Shown: piece after piece, positions 38,457-51,517 of the stretch | Position numbering within the stretch: the first letter of the stretch is position 1 | How the letters are laid out: each line of letters opens with the position of its first letter | Source: Mobula hypostoma | Taxonomy: Eukaryota | Length of the DNA: 64,000 bases | NCBI RefSeq assembly: GCF_963921235.1 | Contig: NC_086108.1 | Span: 83,578,001 to 83,642,000 of the forward strand | Direction: 5' to 3' | The notes under the pieces: model-generated | Told to the model about the DNA's origin: nothing | Database searches by the model: none | What the model saw: only the letters and a program-made list of their open reading frames with translations | Made by a program: the position numbers and the translations under genes

Positions 38457-39100
38457 TTGAGGGGTACAATTACCTATTGTAACCAACTTGGAGCTTGTTC
38501 CGTCTATTCTTACTTGAATTGTCCTTTCCCTAAGGAAATCTTTGATCCAATTAAACATTCTACCTCTAATTCCCGCATCATAGAGTTTAATTAATAAGCC
38601 ATCCTTCCATAGTGAGCCATAAACTCTTTCAATATCTAGAAATAAACTTACCATTACTTCTGTATTTTGAAATGCTTTTTTAATATCATGATCTAAAAGG
38701 GCAACAGATTCCATTGTTGATCTTCCAGTTCTAAAACCATTTTGATAGGCAGCAAAATGTCCCTTATTTTCCAAAAAATAAACAAGTCCATTAGTGACCA
38801 TTCGTTCCATAATTTTACAAAGCACTGAAGTTAAAGTAATAGGCTGATACGAACTAGGACTAGACGCGTCCTTACCTGGTTTTAAAACTGGAACTACCAC
38901 TGCATGCTTCCATTCTACTGGTAATTTTCCTTCTTTCCACACTGAATTAAACAATGCTAGAATTTCTATTAATACAGAGTCATCTAAATGCTTAAGCAAT
39001 TCATAACACGGTCCATCCCCACCAGGAGAAGTGTTTGAACCTGATTGGACAGCTTCCTGCAATTCCTGAAGGGAGAAAAACAAATTTATGGAGCTATTAT

Positions 39101-39869
39101 TTCAGATGGTCTCAGCCTGAGTACACACCCTTCAGCATCAGTGGCTCCACAGTGGAGAGAGTGGAAAACATCAAGTTCCTTGGGGTGCAGATCTCGACAA
39201 TCTCACCTGGTCCAGGAACACCACTGGGATTGTGAAACGGGCCCAGCAGAGATTACACTTTCTGAGGAAGCTTAAACAAGCATCACTCCCCACTAACATC
39301 TTAACTACGTTCTACAGAGGCGTGGGTGAGAGTGTGCTGACCTTTTGCATCACAACCTGGTGCTCCAGCTGCAGTGCTGTCGACAAAAAAGCCTTGCAGA
39401 GGGTGGTTAGGGGAGCAGAGAAGGTTATTGGGGTCTCCCTACATTCTGTCCAAGACCTTTTTCAGAGTCGATGCCTCCAGAAGACACGGTACATCATTAA
39501 AGACCCCTCACACCCTCTCCATGAACTGTTTGTTCTTCTGCCATCAGGCAGACGTTACAGGAGCATTAAAACTAAAACCACAAGGCTACTAAACAGCTTC
39601 CTCCCACAGGCAGTCAGACTGCTAAATAGCTGCTCCACCTGACTCTGCTTTGGACACTTTTACCTTGCACTGGACACTTATAACTGATTTTAACTGACAT
39701 GTGGCTGTTGTGTTTTACTATTTATTGTTATGTTTATTATTTAGTGTTGCGTTTGTTATGTTATGATTGCACTGCCCCTGAGAAACACTGTCTCAGTCTG
39801 CCCTGCAGAGCTGGTGTATGGTGAGAATGACAATAAAGTTTTTTGAATCTTGAATCTTGAATCTTGAAT
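39101..39869 (+). mobile_element. Rex-Babar type LINE 3' fragment nested in Nimb
   Basis: KRAQQRLHFLRKLK...DPSHPLHELFVLLPSGRRYRS; (TTGAATC)n tail; TSD ctattat at 39094-39100 and 39870-39876. Confidence 0.88.
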
Positions 39870-39917
39870 CTATTATCATCCAAACTCCTGTCCAGTTTCC
39901 AACTTTCCTTTAACATA

Positions 39918-40525
39918 CATAAAAGTTGCTGGTGAACGCAGCAGGCCAGGCAGCATCTCTAGGAAGAGGTACAGTCGAAGTTTCGGGCCGAGACCCTTCG
40001 TCAGGATTAACTGAAAGAAGAGCTAGTAAGAGATTTGAAAGTGGGAGGGGGAGGGGAGATCTGAAATGATAGGAGAAGACAGGAGGGAGAGGGGTGGAGC
40101 CAAGAGCTAGACAGTTATTATCTATATACACACATTCTTTTTCTCTCTCTCCTTTTTCTCCCTCTATCCCCCTCACTATACCCCTTGCCCATCCTCTGGC
40201 TTTTCCCCCCTCCCCCTTTTCTTTCTCCCTAGGCCTCCTGTCCCATGAAAAAAATCCTCTCATATCACTTTTGCCAATCACCTGTCCAGCTCTTGGCTCC
40301 ATCCCTCCCCCTCCTGTCTTCTCCTATCATTTCCGATCTCCCCCTCTCCCTCCCACTTTCAAATCTCTTACTAGCTCTTCTTTCAGTTAGTCCTGACGAA
40401 GGGTCTCGGCCCAAAACGTCAACTGTACCTCTTCCTAGAGATTCTGCCTGGCCTGCTGCGTTCACCAGCAACTTTGATGTGTGTTGCCTGAAATTCCAGC
40501 ATCTGCAGATTTCCTTGTGTTTGTG
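39918..40525. mobile_element. Penelope insertion with inverted pseudo-LTR pair, nested in Nimb
   Basis: Minus copy at 39918-40110 and plus copy at 40265-40525, each with a mutated hammerhead core; 14-bp TSD tttcctttaacata at 39904-39917 and 40526-40539. Confidence 0.82.
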
Positions 40526-41869
40526 TTTCCTTTAACATAATTTCCTTTCTCAAATCACCTAACTCTCCAGAACTGTGTAATGCTTGGAATACCTCTACAA
40601 ACATATCAGCCTTTTCCTTATTGGTTACAGCTTCAATATCTTCTTCCAGCAAAGGTGGGATAGATGGTTTCCTAGATATCCTTGACATTCTGTAAATGAT
40701 CATCCATAGCTGCTTTATAGGTGTCTCAGGGCTCAGATTTCCACAAAATCTTCTCCAACTGTCCCTCTTTGCATTTTTAATTACTCTCCTTGCTACTGCT
40801 CTTTCCTTTTTATTCTCCATAACATTATCTAACACTGGGTACTTTCTTAATTTCCTGTAAGCTCTATTTCTGTTTCTTACTGCTATATCACAATTTTTAT
40901 TCCACCACGCAACTAGTGCTTGAGCCTTAAGTACATTCCGTAGCGGAATAGTCAACTGAGCAACTTTATGAATTATAGAACAGGTTTTAGTAATAATTAT
41001 TGGGTTCAGGACTGTAAGGATGGAATTTGCTATCACCAGGCACACAAACTTCTATGAAGGATTTTGATATTTGAGATAGATGCTTGCCAGAATAACTGAT
41101 GCTAAGATTAAGGAAAGCATTTTTGTTGGTCCATAAATCAAACAGGTCATCAATGACTGGCAATTTGAAGAATTTCTAGTGGGACCGCAAAAAATCACAT
41201 GGAAGCCATTCAAGGAAGTTGTTGAATTTTTTTCTCGGCGACTACAGAGCACCAAACTACATGCAGCTGGTTGAAAGCATGCTTCAAGCATATAAAACCA
41301 TGAAATGCAACATGTCACTAAAGATTCATTTTATGCATTCCCATTTAGACTTCTTCCCTGCAAATCTTGGTGCTGTTAGTGACGAGCATGGTGAAAGGTT
41401 TCACCAGGACATTGCGGTCATGGAGATAAGATACCAGGGCAACTGGAATCCATTAATGCTGGTGAATTTTGTTGGACACTTAAGCGAGAAGCCTCAGACA
41501 CTGAGTACAAATGAAAATCAGTAACAAAATATTTTTAACTTAGTTGAACTATTGCACAGCATCAGCACCATTATGCAATTAAATGTATTATATTCAATAA
41601 AAGTTAATTTGTTGTTTCTCCAAATTCCTACATGATACAAGTAGTCTGAAATTATATCTGTGTTCACCTTCAAGCAGTCTATCATAAACAAAAAAAAATT
41701 CTGAGGAAGCAGCACTTTTGAAAAAATTTGTTGTCCAATGTTATTAGACAATATAGGGAGCATTCTTGTGTTCACTGATACCAAGAAGGAAAGAAGAAAC
41801 AAACAGTGGAGAGTCATGGGAAAATAATTTATTAGCATATTTCAAAAAGTCTGGAATAAAGATGAAGTT

Positions 41870-42111
41870 CTTTTTTATAGCATGTCGCACCAGACAGTCA
41901 GCCATTCTTGTCTGGCGCGTGGTGTCAGGATTGGTCTCCTTTCGGATTAACCGGGTCACGATATGAACGTCCCTGACTCAACCCCTTTTTTTTCACGAGG
42001 CCGAGTGGCTAGCTCGATGCTCAACCCGGCTCGGATGGAAAGCGTGCTTGGCCCGACTTGGATTCAAACTCGGGAGCCTTTGCTCCAGAGCCACTGCGCC
42101 ACCAGCCGGCC
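41870..42111 (-). mobile_element. tRNA-derived SINE (related to the 57798 copy)
   Basis: Minus strand ggctggtggcgcagtgg (A box) ... gagtttgaatcc (B box) ... gctttccatccgagccgggttgag. Confidence 0.65.
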
Positions 42112-42789
42112 ATGAAGTTGGTTGTATTTGATTACACAAAACAATTAAAATGAAATTGGAGAATTAAAGCATTAATAACTATAGAGGGATCCAGTGAAGT
42201 GGGTTTCAAAGAAACAGATTTAGTTGGATATGAAAATGTAATAGGGACTGTTTTAACATCAAGAGGCGAGGTAGGGAGAGAAAAGACAAGGGTTGAGACA
42301 TGCTATATATGAAATTCTAGCACATTGCTAGAAACAATGAGGATTGTGTTAAAACAAGAATCTGTACAACAAGTTAGAAAATGGGGAGGGTAATGGAATC
42401 AGTTTTGAAAGGCAAGCAAATAGTGGAAATGGAACACAGATTTAGTTAGTTCTACAGCAAATTTTAGGAGTTTCTAAATTAGCTAAAATAGTGTTTGATT
42501 TTCAGCTGATTGACTGGAACAGAGGAAGTGTATGTTATCAAATTCCATCCAGGTCTGTTAAGTCTATGAGTTTGTTTCCTGTCCAGAATGATTTGTTGCT
42601 GGGATATCTATTGGAGCAAATTAATGATATGGACATGGAACAGATGGGGGAAAGCAATAACGTGGCTTGATTATAATGAAGGGTCAAAGATGAGGGTACT
42701 GAACCGAAAACCTGAAGCAAAATTAGAAAAGAAGCAACTAAAATAATTGTGCAGAAACTTGGACTGTTTGGCTAATGGCTTCAAACTGT

Positions 42790-43330
42790 TCAAATTTCAA
42801 AGTATATTTATTATCAAAGCATATATATTCTTTACAAACTTGAGGTTTGCCTATTTATAGGCAACCACGAAACAAAGAAACCTCAAGAGAGCCCAACCAA
42901 AAAAAAGACCATCAAACACCCAATGTACAGAGAGAAAAAAAACATGAAGCCAGGCATCACCATAGCTGGCGCTGGCAACAGCTACAGATCTTTCCAAAGC
43001 TGAGTAAATGTTGCCAGACCACAGACATGAAGCCAGGCATCACTGCAGTCCAGCATAGAGCTGAGCAAACATCGTGGGCAGCGAGCAGAACTGGCCCGTC
43101 TCTTGCCTCCAGTCCCAACATCCCGACCTTTCCAATCTGGCCCAGTGCACGCATAAATCGTCCAAACATTGGGTCATTCCTCACTCTTGGACTGCTTTGG
43201 GGCCTGGACCCCATTGCCGCGATTCACAATTTACCCGACCTTTCCAATTCAGCCAGATGCTAAAATCGATTAGACATCAGGACTTCCCATGCACTTGGAG
43301 ATGCCACAACTCTGCCTTGACTTGGCTTGA
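42790..43330 (-). mobile_element. LINE 3' UTR-like interspersed repeat
   Basis: Similar to 29160-29830. Confidence 0.45.
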
Positions 43331-44220
43331 AATGGATGGAACAGAATATAAATAAGCTCCCATGAAGTGAAAAAAGGAAAAATGAAAAAAATAAAGTCTT
43401 ATACCTTGATAAAGAGATAAAAATTAAGTCAAGAAAGAGAGGTAAATAATAAGGGGTAATAAAGTCCTAAAGCATAATACAAAGTTACAAAATTTCATAA
43501 ATCATGAAATATTGAGATGGACCAGCAATTTCTTCATTAGGGTTAAAGAGGTGCCTTGATAGGAAGAGGGCGAGACGGAAGGTACATTGAGGAGGGAATT
43601 CCAGAGGTTAATTCTCAGATGACTGAGATCTCAGCAATTAACAGTATGACTTAAAGAAGTTGGAATGAAGGTTAGGTGACGGGAAGAAAAAACTGCAGAA
43701 GGCAGAGTTTGAGGAAAACAGACGATTTGAAAACAATGATTCTTAGTGTGATTAATTCTTAATTAACATGACGTGCATTGCCAATGGAATATTCATCACG
43801 GAGATAAAGTTAACATAATTTCTCTACCAGTTATTATATTTTTAAATATAATTTATTGTTAGTTATGTAGTAGTTCAATGCTGTTGACACATGGCCAATT
43901 AATCAAACTTGCAGCTAGATCATTTAATTGAAAATATTTTAAAATTAAAAGAGAAAAAAAAGTTCTAGATGACTGACGTTGGCTCCCTGTAAATGCTGCA
44001 GTGAACTCAAGTCAAACACTTTAACGTTAGCAGATGTACAGATGTATCCTTATGACATTCTATTCACACAAGTGGCGCAGAAGACTGAAATAAGGAGGCC
44101 AATGTCCTGAAGTTTTGATTAATACTTAATGGAGTGGGCAAGGAGGGCAGAGTTAATGCAGGGACATTGGGGAGGCAGCAGATGTAGAATATAGAGACAA
44201 AATAAGCTATGGTGGAATTC

Positions 44221-44620
44221 TAAACACAAGTGATTCTGTGGATGCTGGAAATTCAGAGTAGCACATGCAAAATACCGGAGGAACTCAGCAGGACAGGCAG
44301 CATCTATGAAAAGGAATAAACCGTCCACATTTTGGGCTGAGACCCTTCATCAGGACTGGAAAAGAATTGGAAAATAAGCCAGAATAAGAAGTTAGGAGGA
44401 GGAAAAGCAGTACAAGCTAGAAGGTGATAGGTGAAGCCAGGTGGCTGGGGGATGGGTCTTGAAGTGAGCAGTTGGAGCTGATAGGTGGAAAAGGTAAAGG
44501 GCTGAAGAGAAAGGAATCTGGTGGGAGAAGAGTGGACATTGGGAGAAAGAGAAGGAAGGGGAGCACTGGGTAGTAGGCAGGTGAGGAGAAGAGAAGAGAT
44601 GATAGATACCGGAGCTGAGT
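44221..44620 (-). mobile_element. Penelope pseudo-LTR (degenerate hammerhead)
   Basis: Minus strand agtcCTGATGAAgggtctcagcccaaaatgtgg plus a pyrimidine-rich body. Confidence 0.7.
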
Positions 44621-45369
44621 GGAGCAAAGGACTGAGCCTGCTCTGCTGTTGGGAGTTGCTCTCAGGTAGGAAAGGGGATACAGATGGCACAAAGTGACAT
44701 AGAAGCTGGAGATACTGAATGGGAAATGCTATTGGGTGATATAAGTTATATGGAGGAATATGAATGCCTGGTTTCTGGAAAACAGAAAAACTAGCTGCAA
44801 ATTGAGTATTGCAATGGCTTATCATCTAGTAGACAGGATTTATATAAAACAAGGAAGGAAGAGTTTAAGGTATTGCTGAGTTTTGAATGTGGACCTGTTT
44901 CCAATATCAATCCAATTAGATGAACTAAGGATTTGAACAAAGCGTTAGGAGATATTGTGGGCACAAGACCTTTCAGAGACCTTTAGTGTTTTGTAAAGAT
45001 AGCAAGCAAAGTGAGAAACCTTTAGGGTGAAAAGCTGCAAGAGGAAGGAAAATAACACTAAGGAATTATATTGAATGACAGTGGCTTTGGGGAATAATCA
45101 CAGGAGTGTCTCTAGAAAAGTTGCCAATGCTAAACCTTTAAAAGGGTTTTGTGGTGGAGTAAGAACAGCTGATTTATCAGCGGTGAATAAATTTGATGGA
45201 AAAAAAAGTTGCTGGATAGGGTTAAACTGAGCTGTTTAGTTTTATGGTTTGAGTCTAGGTACTGCCCCCTCTGAGATGAGCACAAACTAAAAGTAGGACA
45301 GAAAAAAATTAAAATTATATTAAAAGCTGCAGAGAAAGTAACTAGAGATAAAATTAACTTAAATTGCTG

Positions 45370-45815
45370 AAGGATCCTGATATGTGTTGGATTATTTCTG
45401 TTTTTTTCTTGGCTTTTTCAGCATTTATCATCTTGAATTTACTGGTCTTTTATTATGTATATTGATCATTTTTTGTATTGTCTGTCTCATCCTGTATTGG
45501 CACAGGAAGAGGTCTCTAACTCTGAGCCGGGCGTTTCATGCTTCCTTGTCAACATCTAGTTTGCTCAGATCATGGGAATGTCTTCCATGGAGGGCCATGC
45601 TCTTCAAATGGTTAATTTTTTCTTCAATTGTAATAATTCCTTCATTTTTCTGGGTTGTGCTTTTATTTAAGTTTAGAGGTACTTCTTACCAGAATTGCAT
45701 ATGCTCATATGGAGTGCTAAATCCTGTTTTTGTTGATGAAAATATATCCTTAGAAGTTTTATCTGACTGTTGTGTAAATTTTTACTATCTGTTATTCCTC
45801 CTCCTCCTGTCCTAG
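45370..45815 (-). mobile_element. R4/Dong-clade non-LTR retrotransposon C-terminal fragment
   Basis: Minus-strand translation, with stops and frameshifts: KSMALHGRHSHDLSKLDVDKEA...DLF...IQD...DDKC...EIIQHISG, the LHG..IQD..CxxC..HI pattern of RLE-type elements. Confidence 0.6.
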
Positions 45816-46139
45816 ATAGTTTTGATCTAAGTGAGTTTGAGTGTACATAGTTTTCTTCTTCCCAACTTAAGGTAGAATATCATCACCTACCGAGCATCAT
45901 TCAAGCACACCAAATACTTTTATTCCAGAAAGTCTCCCATCATCACTCCTTTCACATTTGTATTACTACCACCCCACATAGTACAGAGCTTTAATATCCC
46001 CTGACCATTAGCTAACAAACTTCCAACATTCCATTGTAAAAGACAGAAAAAAGAAATATAAAAAAAATTAACAACTCTTTGTTGAAAGCTATATACTATT
46101 TACCCTTCCTTATCCTCCAAACTGACAATACAAACATAA

Positions 46140-46546
46140 ATTTCTTCACTTTCTGGTAATTTTCCCCCCTCCCCCTTCCTACTGCTTCCATTCTCCATTT
46201 TGGCTCCCCTCTTACCTCTTCTCCTCACCTGCCTATCACCTGGTGCCCCTCCTCCTTCCCTTTCTCCCATGGTCCACTCTCCTCTCCTATCAGATTCCTT
46301 CTTCTTCAGCCCTTTACCTTTTCCACCTATCACCTCTCAGCATCTCACTTTATTTTCCCTCCTCCATCCACCTGGCTTCACCTATCATCTTCTGCCTTGT
46401 CTCCTTCTCTCTCCGCACCTTTTTATTCTGGATTCTCCCTTCTTTTCCAGTCCTGATGAAGGATCTCAGCCTGAAATGTCAACTGTTTATTTCTTTCCAT
46501 AGATGCTGCCTGGCCTGCTGAGTTCCTCCAGTGTTTTGTATGTGTG
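46140..46546 (+). mobile_element. Penelope pseudo-LTR (degenerate hammerhead)
   Basis: cagtcCTGATGAAggatctcagcctGAAAtgTCaactg; gctgcctggcctgctgagttcctcca. Confidence 0.7.
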
Positions 46547-46882
46547 ATGATGGTGGAATTCTGCTCCATTTGCACTTTACTTATTGAACTGTTTGGGACT
46601 GCGTGAATTATAGGACATATAAGCTTAGGCTACACAGGCTACTGAAGAAGACAGATCAACATATAATTGAAAATAAGGGTGCAAACCTAGATGCAATGTC
46701 TTGAATTTGGAGAGCCCACTTAGAGATTATATCAGCAGTTTTTGCAGAAACAAGAAAATAATTCCAACACTGAATAAGTGAATGGTTACCCAGTATAACA
46801 GGAGTACCTATTGTCTTCAAGCCTCTTTCAACAATCCTCTTGAGTTTTAGGGCCACTGTTCCCATGATATTCCATCAAGTTA

Positions 46883-47742
46883 ATAGACAATAGACAATAG
46901 GTGCGGGAGTAGGCCATTCAGCCCTTCAAGCCAGCACCGCCAATCACTGTGATCATGGCTGATCATCCACAATCAGTACCCTTTTCCTGCCTTCTCCCCA
47001 TATCCCTTGACTCCACTATCTTTAAGAGCTCTATCTAACTCTTTCTTGAAAAAATCCAGAGAATTGGCCTCCACTGCCTTCTGAGGCAGAGCATTCCACA
47101 GAACCACAACCGTCTGTGTGAAAAAGTTTTTCCTCAACTCCATTCTAAATGGTCTATCCCTTATTCTTAAACTGTGGCCTCTGGTTCTGGACTCCCCCAA
47201 CATTGGGAACATGTTTTCTGCCTCTAGCGTGTCCAATCCCTTAATAATCTTACATGTTTCAATCAGATCCCCTCTCATCCTTCTAAATTCCAGTGTATAC
47301 AAGCCCAGTTGCTCCAATCTTTCAACATATGACAGTCCCGTCGTCCTGGGAATTAACCTCGTGAACCTATGCTGCACTCCCTCAATAGCAAGAATGTCCT
47401 TCCTCAAATTTGGAGACCAAAACTGTACACAATACTCCAGGTGTGGTCTCACCAGGACCCTGTACAACTGCAGAAGGACCTCTTTGCTCCTATACTCAAC
47501 TCCACTTGTTATGAAGGCCAACATGCCATTAGCTTTCTTCACTGCCTGCTGTACCTGCACGCTTACTTTCAGTGACTGATGAACAAGGACACCTAGATCT
47601 CATTGTACTTCCCCTTTTCCTAACTTGACACCATTCAGTTAGTAATCTGCCTTCCTTTTCTTGCCACCAAAGTGGATAACCTCACATTTATCCACATTAA
47701 ACTGCATCTGCCATGCATCTGCCCACTCACTCAACCTGTCCA
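46883..47742 (-). mobile_element. CR1 LINE 3' part (same subfamily as 31185)
   Basis: ORF 46973-47560 MQVQQAVKKANGMLAF...RPHLEYC; tail aatagacaatagac. Confidence 0.92.
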
Positions 47743-47879
47743 ATGGTACCAATGGTGGTTAAGGTACCAATGGATATGAATGGAAATGACAAAAGGGACT
47801 GGAGGCATTGAGTTATTGGGTTCCTGCTCAATTTTAAAACTTGCTCAGAGGCTGGCTGGTTTATTCTTAATTATAATAG

Positions 47880-48430
47880 GATGGCATGGTCACGTAATCG
47901 TTAATATATTGCTTTGCAGCACCAGCTTTCACCAATCATGGTTCAAATCCCACTGCTGCCTGTAAGTAGTTTGTACGTTCCCTCTGTGACTGTGTGGATT
48001 TCCTCTGAGTGCTCTGGTTTCCTTCCACATTCCAAAGACAATAAGACCATAAGACATAGAAGCAGAATCATGCCATTCAGCCCATCAAGCCCACTCCACC
48101 ATTCCATCATGTCTGAATTATTATCCCTCTCTACCCTATTCTCTTTCTTTCTCTCCATAATCTTCGACACCCTCGCTAATCAAGAACCTATCAATCTCTG
48201 CTTTAGATGTACCCAATGATGAGACTTCCATAGCTATCTGGGGCAATGAATTCCACAGATTCACCTCCCTCTGGCTAAAGAAATTCCTCATCTCTGTTCT
48301 AAAGGATATCGTTGTTTTCTGAGTCTGTGCGCTTTGGTCCCAGTTCTTCCACTACAGGAAATAGAAAACTGTACTATATAGATGCACAATTCGGGTTAAT
48401 AAGTTATGGGCATGCTATGTTAGTTCCAGA
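47880..48430. mobile_element. V-SINE interrupted by a minus-strand CR1 3' fragment (about 48040-48360)
   Basis: ggttcaaatccc B box and tttgtacgttc core, followed by a CR1 tail ataagaccataagac. Confidence 0.6.
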
Positions 48431-49467
48431 AGCGTGACATTCCATTAGAAGCAGCATCTTCATCTGAGTGGCACCCATTAAATGATCCTGATGTTATCCC
48501 TCAAATTATGTGCTGGACTGGAGTTTGAACCCACGATCTTCTGACTCGGAAATTAATGCACCACAACTGATTCATTTTTGACATGGTAAATAAGGAGCTC
48601 ATTTCCAGTTCTGTCTGCTGTAAAATGGTTCCTGTCTTCCTCTGCTGGAAGTATATTTACCTGTTCAAACATTTCAATTTACTGCTGATGATATTCCAAC
48701 AATTTTTCACCTTTGAAATGTGAAAAACTACCGGAGATTTGGAAAAAAGAGCTGTCTGGGTCAACAATGAAGAATAGTAAACGTGGTATGGATTCATATG
48801 CTTAATGTCTTACTCATTGAGAATCTACAGTGGTGAAAGACAACGGCCAATTGTTTCACTGGTAATGAGTGCCTATTTCCAAAAAGTAAGGTGTGAAACA
48901 GACAACTATTTGTAGAATCCTCTTGCTGAGCTGTGACTATGAGTGGTTTCCCTTTTGGGAAATCGATGAATGCCAAATGAACCTATTGGAAAATTCTCCC
49001 AGTGGCTTCTTAGATCAACACAGGCAGAACAGGATTGCTAATGATGTCAGGCATGTCTAGACCAGGAAACTCCAGCATACTTTTATGATGAATATTCTGG
49101 AGTGAGCCTCTGAGTCAATACCCTGGAATGCACTGCCTCTAACGGTGCTGGACTTATTCAAAAATTTCAAACAAAATAAAGACAGAAAAATTGCTAGTGT
49201 ATGTGGAAAGGACAAGGGATGATCTTGAAGAGGTGCTACAGACATAAGGGAATGATTGAACTCGTTCTGTATTGTATCATTTCTAGAAGACACATAGACT
49301 GTATCAGTATTTACATTTATTTGTCTATATAAGTTATTTTTTCTTGAAAATTAGTTCTTGACTGGGAGGTGTTTTTATCATGTTTGGCTACTGATTTAAT
49401 TACATTAGTCATGGTAGTTACTTCAGTTGTATTCTACTTGACAGTGTGGGCTACAAAATAGCTGATA

Positions 49468-49650
49468 ACAAACACAAGAAATCCTGTGATGTTGGATATC
49501 CAAAGCAACACCCACAAAATGCTGGAGGAACTCAGCAGGTCAGGCAGCATCTATGGAAGTGAATAAGAAGGTAATGTTTCAGTCCAACATCCTTCTTTAG
49601 GACTGGAAAGGAAGGGGAAAAACACCAAAATATAAAGCTGGAAGGAGGGG
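49468..49650 (-). mobile_element. Degenerate Penelope pseudo-LTR
   Basis: cacaaaatgctggaggaactcagcaggtcaggcagcatctatgg family signature. Confidence 0.65.
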
Positions 49651-49769
49651 TTGATATTTTGGTATGAGGAGGGGCTGATATGAAGGAAAAGCAAAGAGAT
49701 CCTGAATTTAGAGAACTAGGCAGAAAGCCGAGAAGCAGGACCTGCCAGGTAGAAATTTCTGGGTTGCTG

Positions 49770-50692
49770 ATGGAATAGATGGCTTTGTTGCCAAGTTTGC
49801 AGATGATACGAAGATTGGTGGAGGAACAGGTAATGTTGAGGAAACAAGAAGGCTGCAGAAAGACTTAGACAGATTAGGAGAATGATCAAGAGAGTGGCAA
49901 ATTAAATATAATATTGAAAAATGTATGGTCGTTCACTTTGCCGGTAGAAATAAGTGTGCAGACTATTTTCTAAACAGGGAGAAAATCCTAAAATCTGAGA
50001 TGCAAAGGAAATTGGGAGCCCTTGTGCAGAACACCACAAAGGTTAACTTGCAGGTAGAGTTGGTGGTGAAGAAGGCAAAAGGTCTAGAATAAAAGAGCAG
50101 GGGTGTGATGCTGAGGCTTTATAAGGCACTGGTGAGGCCTCACCTTGAGTATTGTGAACAGTTTTGGGCTCCTTATCTAAGAAAAGATGTGCAGACATTG
50201 GGCAGGATTCAGATGAGGTTCACAAGGATGATTCCAGTAATGAAAGGGTTATCATACAGGGAATGTTTGAAAACTCTGGGTCTGTACTTGTTGCAGTTTA
50301 GAATGATGAGAAGAAATCTCATTGAAACCTTTCAGATGTTGAAAGGCCTAGAGAGAGTAGTTGTGGAAAGGATATTTCCCATGGTGGGGGAGTCTAGGAC
50401 AAGAGCGCACAGACTCAGGATAGAGGAGAGTCCATTTAAAAAAGAGATGTGGAGAAATTTCTTTTGCCAGGGAGTGGTAAATTTGTGGAATTTATTACCA
50501 CAGGCAGCTGGGGAGGCCAGGTCATTGGGTGCATTTAAGGTAGAGCTTGATAAATATGGCATCAAAGATTACGGGGAGAAGGCTGGGGAGCGGGGCTGAG
50601 GAGGGGTAAAAAAGGATCAGAGATGAATGAATGGCAGAGCAGATTCGATGGGCCAAATGGGCTAATTCTGGCCAAATGTCTTATGGTCTTAT
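49770..50692 (+). mobile_element. CR1 LINE 3' part
   Basis: KFADDTKIGG, LYKALVRPHLEYCEQFW, VVNLWNLLP; tail tcttatggtcttat. Confidence 0.9.
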
Positions 50693-51517
50693 AATCGCTG
50701 ATATCTTCCATTATAAGAGCTCATTCAAGACCCAGTGAAAATATTCACAGAAATTCAGCAACCTCAAAGGCCATGGGCACTTTTAAACAGGATCAAAACA
50801 GGATGCAAACAATGTGGTTAGTTAATGCATATGTTGCAAAACCAACACTTCTCTGTCTAGAATAGATTAAGCATTGGGCCATATCACACCCTACTCTCAC
50901 TACAAATTCAGTATTGGGATAATTACTCACACCAAAAACACCATATTGTGGCTTCTGAACTGCAAGTACAAAATGTGAATGTTGCGACAGCCAGAAGAAA
51001 GAAAAATCTATTTTTCTGTATGTGCCTTCTGTGCTCTCTGAGGTCAAATAGAGCAGTAGTCCTGAATGAACCAATTCAACTTGGAATTGGGTGCCATCCT
51101 GTAAACTGTTGCTGATTAGTTCAGGATTTGGTTTAGTTCAAGGTAATTAGTTTTCTAAAGAAAACATAGAAACTGCTTTCCTTTTTATATGGAGAGATTA
51201 GAATGTACCTTTGAACTATCAGTCTCATTTTGTAACATATGCAGTAATTTTATACTGGCAACTAGCAATGGCAATTGCAAGTTCATTCTCTGTTGTTAGT
51301 GGAGCCACCATTGAGAATCAATGGTGACTACTATTATTGGGTGGTTTATATTCAAATTTGAGAGATTTTACTGCCAACAAACAGTTTAGATATTTAAGAT
51401 TCATCGGTGATATAAACAGCATGCAAAGTTGTCAAAATATTTCTTGCACTTATTAGATTTTTGATTGTGTATACAGAGATTTAGTTTTTTTTTCATTTGT
51501 GTTTCCTTTTTGTTCAC

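Larger units (their letters stand above)
36415..41000 (-). mobile_element. Nimb/I-group LINE with RT and RNase H, frameshifted, 5'-truncated
   Basis: WWNKNC, YQPITLTSVLCKIMERM, QNGFRTGRST, TPQGSVISP, LFADDGAIW, RNase H WIPGHAGVEGNEIVD, CGSLETVQHVLLSC; (GAA)n tail at 36449-36480. Confidence 0.88.
36177..41740 (+). mobile_element. Chapaev3-like DNA transposon (internally deleted) hosting nested retroelements
   Basis: TIR cactggacaacaaa / tttgttgtccaatg, TTA on both flanks; transposase C-terminus KIKESIFVGP...MSLKIHFMHSHLDFFPANLGAVSDEHGERFHQDI..MEIRYQG at 41052-41520. Confidence 0.75.

Noticed and set aside
45384..45815. 143-aa hydrophobic ORF resembling a membrane protein
   Set aside because: It is the antisense of an A-rich retrotransposon remnant.
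48767..48790. Possible first mini-exon (MKNSKR G|gtatgg) of a neighbouring plus-strand gene such as a PLEKHO-type gene
   Set aside because: Too short to identify, and no matching downstream exon was found in the window.
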